From Planctomycetota bacterium (GTDB taxonomy: Bacteria > Planctomycetota > SZUA-567 > H5-PLA8): a stretch of 64,000 nt of DNA. The notes under the pieces are model-generated. The model was not told the origin of the DNA. It ran no database searches and was given only the letters and a program-made list of their open reading frames with translations. The position numbers and the translations under genes are program-made. The stretch spans positions 143,331 to 207,330 of the forward strand of contig JBBRPR010000009.1 of NCBI GenBank assembly GCA_038227875.1, in the 5' to 3' direction. Position 1 is the first letter of the stretch; the number at the start of each line of letters is the position of its first letter. Below are positions 58,701 to 64,000 of the stretch, one piece after another.

Positions 58701-59546
58701 GGCACGACTTCTGTGACGCTCACCAACGGCACTGCCGCATTTACGAACCTCGCCGTCAACACCTCCGGCACGTACACGTTCTCCGCCGCGTCGACGGGAT
58801 TGACCTCGGCCACCAGCGCCGCGTTCACAATCACGATTCCTTCGCCGAGCCTCGTGAGCGCACCGATCGCGACGCCCAACCCCGCTGTCGTCGGCACCAT
58901 CGTCACGTTCACCGCCTCCGGCTCCGACGCCACCGGCCGTCCGCTCACCACCACCTGGAATTTCGGCGACGGCACCAGCGGCACCGGATCCACCGTGACG
59001 CACGCGTACACCGCGCCGAACACGTTTGTCGCCACCGTCACGCTGACCAGCCCCGAAGGCTCCAGCGTTTCCGGCACCGCGAATGTCGTGATCACCGCCG
59101 GCGCCGCGCCGCCCGCGCCGCAACCGTTCTCCGTCACGAAGAAATCCCTGCGCGCGAAAGTCCCCTCGCTGAACAAGGACACGATCCAGATCACCGGCGC
59201 CTTCGCGCTCCCGACCGGAACCACGTCACTGATCGGCCCCGTGACGCTGAACATCGGCAGCCTGAACCAGACGTTTAATCTCGACAAGCGCGGCAGCGGC
59301 AAAGTCGGCCCACAGAATTTCCGGATCAAGGCGAAGTTCAAGAAGAACGTGCTGCAGTCGTTGAACGTCACGTTCCAGGCCAAGCTGGTCGGCAACGTCA
59401 CCGCCGCCCTCTCCGCCGCCGGCCTCCCCACCGGAACCAGCGGCACCGCCACCCTCGCCGCCCAGTTCACCTACCTGAACACCACCTACGCCACGAACGT
59501 AACCGTCGCCGTCAAAGCCACTAAATCCGGCGCAACCGGGAAGTGA
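55791..59546 (+). CDS. Large secreted parallel beta-helix protein with Ig/PKD domains and basic C-terminal domain
   Basis: Signal peptide, YFVSPDGDD, PFKTI..AI, xxNxI repeats, two NWWG motifs, PKD WNFGDG. Confidence 0.88.
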   Translation: MRVRYAPMLILVGLCAIASVQAATYFVSPDGDDASADATNSATPFKTINHAIAVASSGDNIRLLPGSTGIIIENVIVTKSLDIASNSTAARVTVIPGTAEPAPVLDGSTGSLPAGHSTVFLIRSSDVTIHDLTIDGTNSALAGKTVGTTTYVARNGIITDTNLSTVFTNLTVQNVTVQNIYLRGIQNGTGGFTHVKGCTVTNVNGDSNRSISIFNRTGTALIENNIVSQTSDAISANFSLGTTFQNNTITNSGSGVHTDNCSAADVIQGNTISNSTAGGYGIFVFYPYKNAVVQNNTITNVTIGLATFGGVATAGVQGTPAFTNNTVNGQQKANSIGAYLTTNVTQLGFPDIDCAATFNNNTITGNVTGLRLEQTSGFTLTATVANNIFSGNSSDGIDAFGLTNPLTISSCDLSGNGIAGINNFSPVTITATNNWWGSASGPRNSANTFNLPAQGSAAGAHVTFVPWLNSGGNSAAVGFVPTGSPFAPVTTSSPAGSYASIQAGVTASNAAGTVTAAAGSYSEGVAITKSLTLTGAGANTTTISAAAGLTAGPGGESAIVSIRGAPTTNATVSGFTLDGFGAAQNGNGFFGVFVRDGAAGNIHDNIIQNLSPAGASATGVGIAIGRKALSTTGTATVTNNTIRDYEKAGIVVDNINSTATISGNTVIGAGPTTAIASNGIQISRGATGSITGNTVMNNFYSGSDGQRDPASDVLADGASGILLYAAGVIPSDTITVSGNTLIGNQYAVWSVGSTALNIHDNALQGDGTKGVIGSSPFDGGILVWDSDQYTTVLGFTAVGTVATVLNNASEDFDYALQVRNYTTGAPAMTVTATKNDFSGFGSTAGLFSNVAIDARQNWWGNATGPKHATNAPGTGTTLGESTAGLVQFSPWLGDGTDTQAAVGFQPNATPLYGRPQKLTFTVQPVGAASGATLATQPSVTVTDNAGFANPFTTATVALSLASGPSSATLSGTTSVTLTNGTAAFTNLAVNTSGTYTFSAASTGLTSATSAAFTITIPSPSLVSAPIATPNPAVVGTIVTFTASGSDATGRPLTTTWNFGDGTSGTGSTVTHAYTAPNTFVATVTLTSPEGSSVSGTANVVITAGAAPPAPQPFSVTKKSLRAKVPSLNKDTIQITGAFALPTGTTSLIGPVTLNIGSLNQTFNLDKRGSGKVGPQNFRIKAKFKKNVLQSLNVTFQAKLVGNVTAALSAAGLPTGTSGTATLAAQFTYLNTTYATNVTVAVKATKSGATGK

Positions 59547-59570
59547 GGAGGCGAGGACTGAGGACTGAGA

Positions 59571-59605
59571 AAAAACGAGCCGCCTCGAGCGGCTCGTTTT
59601 TATTT
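59571..59605. terminator. Bidirectional intrinsic terminator
   Basis: AAAAACGAGCCGC-ctcga-GCGGCTCGTTTTT; preceded by GAGGACT heptamers. Confidence 0.85.
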
Positions 59606-59730
59606 AGTTAAGCAAGCGCCCGCGCCGTTCTCCCCCCCTTGAAATGGGCGGGCTGGGAGGGTCGACGCCGCCGGACACGCCCCAACAACCCCACAAAGCG
59701 CCCATCGTCCACTCGCACGCCAAGCCCTTT

Positions 59731-59753
59731 GTAGTCCGGGCGGCTCGCCCGGA
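59731..59753 (+). repeat. GTAG-type REP-like element
   Basis: GTAG followed by TCCGGGCG-gct-CGCCCGGA. Confidence 0.5.
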
Positions 59754-59849
59754 GTTCCAAAATCATCGGCGGAAATGCAGATTTCTTCGATTGAAGTGGT
59801 CTATTGAGAAGCAACAATTTTACTAAGGAAAGAGCGGTAGGGAGTGACG

Positions 59850-60782
59850 TTATTTACCGCCGATGAGGTATTTTGGATCGCTTGACGCTTTGCTCCACCA
59901 CGCCAGGCAACGGTCGACGCGCGACAGGACATCGGCGCGCGCCGCGTCTGTCTTGTTCTGTTCCGCCGGATCAGGATGTTTTCGGCCAAAATCCTGACCC
60001 GTGGAGTCGGATAGGCAAGCCAGCAATTCATTCAAGTCGAATAGCCGGTCCGATTCCTGGCTCGTCTTGTTGTCGCGAACTTTTTTAACATTCTTGATCA
60101 GCCATTCCGCCACCCAAGGCTGGTGTAACCGTGCAGCCAACTGTGCCGCTTCGCGGTTCGCGGTGTCGCGTTCTGGCTGCGAGACCGCCGCCTTCAAAAA
60201 ACGTTCCTGCTCTTCCGGTGTCCCGGCTGGCAAAGAATGATCCAATCGATAGCGGATAAACACGACGACGTCGTGCGCGTCGGCCACGGTGATCTTCGGA
60301 TCAAGTGCGCGCTGCACATCCTCCTTGCGCGTCGTATTCCGGATCGCGAAGAGAAGTTCAGGGAAGAGCTTCGAATCTTTCAGCAGGGGGTCGAGCTTGC
60401 GGACGTCATCGTCCGTTCTGACTTGAGCCGCGAGATATTTCGCCAGTCCACTCTTTCCGGAGAAAAACGTGCGATTTCCCTCTTGCGACAATATTTCAAC
60501 CAGGAATGGAAGCTGTGAAGGCTCCTTTACGGCGCACAAAACCGTACAGCCCTTCCACACGAGTTCTTTGTTGGCTTGAACGATCCGATGCACACGGTCG
60601 AGATCGATTTCAAATTGCGAGTCGTCCGGATTGGGCACGCCCTCATTCCAGACCAGTTTGGCGTACAACCCGGAAAGATATTGCTTATCAGCCCCCGCCT
60701 CCTCGCACCTAATGGCGAACGACAGACCGAGTGCCACAATCAGAACAGCGAAGAGGTAAAATGAACGACCGATTCTGCTCAC
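59850..60782 (-). CDS. Secreted hypothetical alpha-helical (HEAT-like) protein
   Basis: GGGAG RBS, signal-like N-terminus, L..STGQDFG...WW ending. Confidence 0.6.
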   Translation of the reverse strand: MSRIGRSFYLFAVLIVALGLSFAIRCEEAGADKQYLSGLYAKLVWNEGVPNPDDSQFEIDLDRVHRIVQANKELVWKGCTVLCAVKEPSQLPFLVEILSQEGNRTFFSGKSGLAKYLAAQVRTDDDVRKLDPLLKDSKLFPELLFAIRNTTRKEDVQRALDPKITVADAHDVVVFIRYRLDHSLPAGTPEEQERFLKAAVSQPERDTANREAAQLAARLHQPWVAEWLIKNVKKVRDNKTSQESDRLFDLNELLACLSDSTGQDFGRKHPDPAEQNKTDAARADVLSRVDRCLAWWSKASSDPKYLIGGK

Positions 60783-60841
60783 CAGGTGAACTCCCGTCGA
60801 CCAACTTGGCTAGTTTGCGTTTTCCCTTGCGCGCTGCGCAG

Positions 60842-62485
60842 CTATCGACGTGATCGCCAGAACACAATCGAATAGGGCAATGCAATGAACAGTAGTACCG
60901 AACCCATCAACAACTTTGGCATGGCGTCCTTGGGCGCCACTTTGTCGAACCAGTCGGTTCGCATGATCAGCATGACTGTGATGAATAAAATAGCACCCAT
61001 CGCGCCAATGACCTTCGATAATGTGTCGAACACAAACGTAGGCTCCGCATCGTCGTCCTGTTCGCGCGTACGACGCTGAGCCGGCTTGAACCGTTTTTGT
61101 GGCGAAGCGGTCATTGTTGGAGCATATGGCGATTCAAAATTGGGACTGCAAACACGAAAAGACGATTGCCGCGGTGAGACTAACTGGGTCATGCATGGCC
61201 TTGCGGGGTCAGAGACTTGATCCAGCAGGCCCATCGCGTCCAACTTCTTAAGGAATTCGATTCCAGACTTCCCCGACAATTCGGATTCGGCTTCGGCTTT
61301 GGTAATGAGAATGACCTGCGAAAATCGAATCGTCTCTTCGCGCTCGCCTTCGAAGGTCATGCGATTGAACTCCTTGCTCTCAAATAGTGGCCACGAAATC
61401 AGTACGGTATCGAATATTGAATCCGGAGTGACAGAACTGCCCAAAGGTATTGTAAACATCGGCGCGACAGGCGCTTTTTTCGTAAATATGTATTTTGCTA
61501 ATACTACAAGCAGCCGGGAGGCCCAATGGAGATCAAATACCGATTTGGTATTGTCTGGAGACCAATCCTTCGAAATGTATAGGAGTAGTTCGTGCCGGGT
61601 ATATTCCTTTTTTTCCGGCGGAAGTTTTATTTCGACAGCGCTGATTCCCGACGTGGCCATCGTGTAGTAAGGGCGAGCATCCGTCGGCGGATAAATGTCG
61701 ATGTTTAAAATTTGTCTGGAGTTTTCGCCGGCAAGAACCGCCAGTTCGTAATTTTTTGTCGGTTCGCCGAAGTGCTTTTTGTAATGCTCCTGCACCGAAA
61801 GTATGCGTTCGTACGTTTCGACGTGCCGTTCATTTTCGATTTCAATCTGAGTGCGTTTGGATATGACGCAATTTCGATAGGGATCGAATGTTAAATTGTA
61901 TTCGCCCTTTCGATCGACTCTATCGAGAAGTCCACGCAGTTGATGTGTCTTTAAATAGTTCGTCTCCGCTTGAGTGATCGGCATGATCGCGGAAAAATTG
62001 ACGACCGTATTTCCATATTCAAGCGGATAGAAAGCGCTCTTTTCGCACAAAGGCGGGATATAGAGCGCAAATGGAAAATCCTTGAATTTGTCCGGCCGGT
62101 GATCCTCCATGTGCCCAACCGAACCCGGTCCCATGAACACATCCTGGTCCAATGAGTAGCGGGCTGCAAAGTAAAGATACATGGCGACCCACGTCGTCCA
62201 TTGATCTTTGGCTTCGAGATCCACCGGAAACATCGCGGGAATGTAAACCAGCAACTCCTGTCGCGCCCAGGGTTCCCAACCGGGATGGGGCGTCATCACT
62301 TTTGCGCTCATCCCACGTGTTGCGATTGTGTAGAACAGCCGTTCCGGAGTGGGGTCGAAGATCAATAAGTCGCAGGGATACTTTTCCACCAAATCCACGC
62401 GCGAGCGCCGATGGGGTCCGAAAAATGTGTGATAGTGCTGTTCAATTCGTGCGAGCGATTCGTCCGAGCCGCGTGGTTGATCCAC
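60842..62485 (-). CDS. Tandem Suppressor-of-fused (SUFU)-like domain protein with C-terminal TM hairpin
   Basis: Two copies of HY..FG...P...R.(F/Y)YT.AT.G.S...R.ELL.YI...IT.AE; 2 TM; AT-rich relative to the window. Confidence 0.82.
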   Translation of the reverse strand: MDQPRGSDESLARIEQHYHTFFGPHRRSRVDLVEKYPCDLLIFDPTPERLFYTIATRGMSAKVMTPHPGWEPWARQELLVYIPAMFPVDLEAKDQWTTWVAMYLYFAARYSLDQDVFMGPGSVGHMEDHRPDKFKDFPFALYIPPLCEKSAFYPLEYGNTVVNFSAIMPITQAETNYLKTHQLRGLLDRVDRKGEYNLTFDPYRNCVISKRTQIEIENERHVETYERILSVQEHYKKHFGEPTKNYELAVLAGENSRQILNIDIYPPTDARPYYTMATSGISAVEIKLPPEKKEYTRHELLLYISKDWSPDNTKSVFDLHWASRLLVVLAKYIFTKKAPVAPMFTIPLGSSVTPDSIFDTVLISWPLFESKEFNRMTFEGEREETIRFSQVILITKAEAESELSGKSGIEFLKKLDAMGLLDQVSDPARPCMTQLVSPRQSSFRVCSPNFESPYAPTMTASPQKRFKPAQRRTREQDDDAEPTFVFDTLSKVIGAMGAILFITVMLIMRTDWFDKVAPKDAMPKLLMGSVLLFIALPYSIVFWRSRR

Positions 62486-62671
62486 GGTGATCTCCGATAA
62501 ATTTGCGCAAAAGTATATTGGAATTCAGAGCAGAGATTAACGTGAGGAGGCGCCGGTGCAAGCCGACTCTTGGCCGCTTTGCCCAGTCCGCAGATACCAT
62601 GCAAGCAGTACCGAAATTGATTAAGCATGAGAGCAGCCACGAGGCCATGGGGAGTGCGTCAGTGCTTTTTC

Positions 62672-62699
62672 TTGACCGGGTAAATCCCGACAGTATCTT
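62672..62699 (+). promoter_or_regulatory. Putative sigma70 promoter
   Basis: TTGACC-N16-TATCTT just upstream of the structured leader. Confidence 0.45.
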
Positions 62700-62702
62700 C
62701 AT

Positions 62703-62825
62703 GGCAACGCGTACATGGACGCGTCCCGTCCGCGGGAAGGGTTCAACCCACCTGTCGTATCAGACCACCGAAGAACCCACTTCTGCCCGCTGCAGCGGAC
62801 CCGGGCGAACAGGAAGGGGTTCCAC
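62703..62825 (+). ncRNA. Candidate structured cis-regulatory 5' leader RNA
   Basis: Several hairpins plus complementary GTCCGC/GCGGAC segments next to the RBS. Confidence 0.4.
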
Positions 62826-63806
62826 ATGTCCACATCACCGCGCAAGCGGCTGCCCGTCCGTCCGTCCATCGAACATCTGAAGAAGCAGGCCAAGCGTCTC
62901 GCCAAAGAGCGCGAGTTGCCATTGGCCAGCGCGCAGCACGAACTCGCCGCTGACTACGGCCACCGCAACTGGGCCGATCTCGTGCAGGAAGTCGACATCG
63001 CCAGCGGCAAGGCGCAGGAGTTTTTCAAGGCTGCTGCCGAAGACAGCAGCGACCATCTCGGCAGAATGCTGCGCCACCCGCACTCCGAGCGAGTCCGCTA
63101 TGAAGCTCTGCGCATCGCGGCAGAGGCTGGCAGCACACCGTGCGTGGACCAACTCCTTTATACCGGGTTGAATGCGAACCACGCCTTCGAGCCTTTCGGC
63201 TCGGCGCCGTTGCATCTGGCGGCCTCGCGAGGGCATCAGCGTTTGGTCGAGAGACTCCTGGTCGTCGGCGCTGATCCGATGCTGAAAGACAAGTCCGGCA
63301 ACGATGCCGCGTCGCTCGCCAGAAAGTCCGGCCATCTCGAGGTAGCAGAGCTGCTGAAGCAGCACTCGCCATTCGCGTTCGCCGCCGCAGCAATGAAGCG
63401 GGGCGAGATTGCGGCGCTGAAGACCATCTTGAAAGTGCATCCTGAGATTACGCAGCAGACCGTCAAAGGCCGCTCGCTCCTCCACGTCCTCGCTGATTAT
63501 CCTGGCGATATGCCCAATGCGGGCGAGAGCGCCAGAGCCCTCGTGGCTGCCGGCATACCCGTTGACCTGCGCTGCGACCCACCCGGTGCCAACAGCACTC
63601 CCCTGTATTGGGCGGCGAGCTCCGACACCGCCGTGCCCTTGATCGAAGCCTTGCTCGATCTGGGTGCTGACATCAACGCACGCGCTGGCAATGACGAAAC
63701 GCCGATGAGCAACGCTCTCATCTATAACCTGCCCAACGTCGCCAAAGCTCTGTTCAAACGCGGAGCCCAAACCGGGATCGTCTATGCCGCCGCGTTCCTA
63801 GCCTGA
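62826..63806 (+). pseudogene. Ankyrin-repeat protein with N-terminal LKKQAK..AQ..LA..YG..W helical domain, truncated by IS insertion
   Basis: PLHLAA..GH, TPLYWAA, GADINA; stop codon lies within the IS end. Confidence 0.75.
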
Positions 63807-64000
63807 ATATTGCATGAAATCAGTTGTGTGAGGCTCCTGGTTTGCTTGCAAATTGTTTGTCGAAGACAATTTCCAGCAACCAGGAGTGCCTCACACATGG
63901 CTCAGTCTGTCCCGCAAGTTGCAGAAATCCAGAGGGTTCTTTTTCCGGGCGTGTTCGACAAGGACGTGCAGGTGGCCTTTGATGCGCCCAACCAGTCGTC
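63802..64000 (+). mobile_element. IS1380-family insertion sequence, left end (runs off window)
   Basis: Terminal CCTGAATATTGCAT, RBS-sequestering hairpin, transposase-like N-terminus. Confidence 0.72.
63897..64000 (+). CDS. IS1380-like transposase N-terminus (partial)
   Basis: MAQSVPQVAEIQRVLFPGVFDKDVQVAFDAPNQS resembles the VxxxFDxxxxSSDGG start of IS1380 transposases; AGGAG RBS. Confidence 0.68.
   Translation, partial: MAQSVPQVAEIQRVLFPGVFDKDVQVAFDAPNQS

Noticed and set aside
56505..59123. 872-aa minus-strand ORF and other overlapping Arg/Gly-rich ORFs
   Set aside because: Shadow frames of the Thr/Ala/Gly-rich beta-helix gene.
55791..59546. Autotransporter
   Set aside because: The C-terminal domain is too short for a 12-strand barrel and does not end in an aromatic residue.

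Overview
GC-rich bacterial chromosomal segment, most consistent with an uncultured Planctomycetota/PVC-type organism. This is inferred from several ECF sigma factors (one membrane-fused), a Ser/Thr kinase, zinc-ribbon membrane proteins, large propeller/PKD secreted proteins and the GyrA QRDR sequence. Housekeeping genes are gyrA, pnp, rpsO, an S41 protease and an ABC-F ATPase. Around them lie sugar-catabolism/regulator clusters, an ArnC-AsnB-ArnT-type envelope-modification operon, a Y1 (IS200/RAYT-like) transposase flanked by covarying inverted hairpin cassettes, and an IS1380-like element truncating an ankyrin gene at the right edge. No rRNA, tRNA or CRISPR array was recognised. Best candidates for undescribed biology: (1) a translationally coupled four-gene Mre11/Rad50 (SbcCD)-like operon with the ATPase split at the zinc hook and a 39-aa repeat arm; (2) a C-terminal domain shared by two unrelated large secreted proteins; (3) a structured 5' leader upstream of the ankyrin gene; (4) an HTH fused to a degenerate nucleotide cyclase; (5) heptamer repeats oriented at gene 3' ends. 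All calls are by eye from motifs; no database searches were run.
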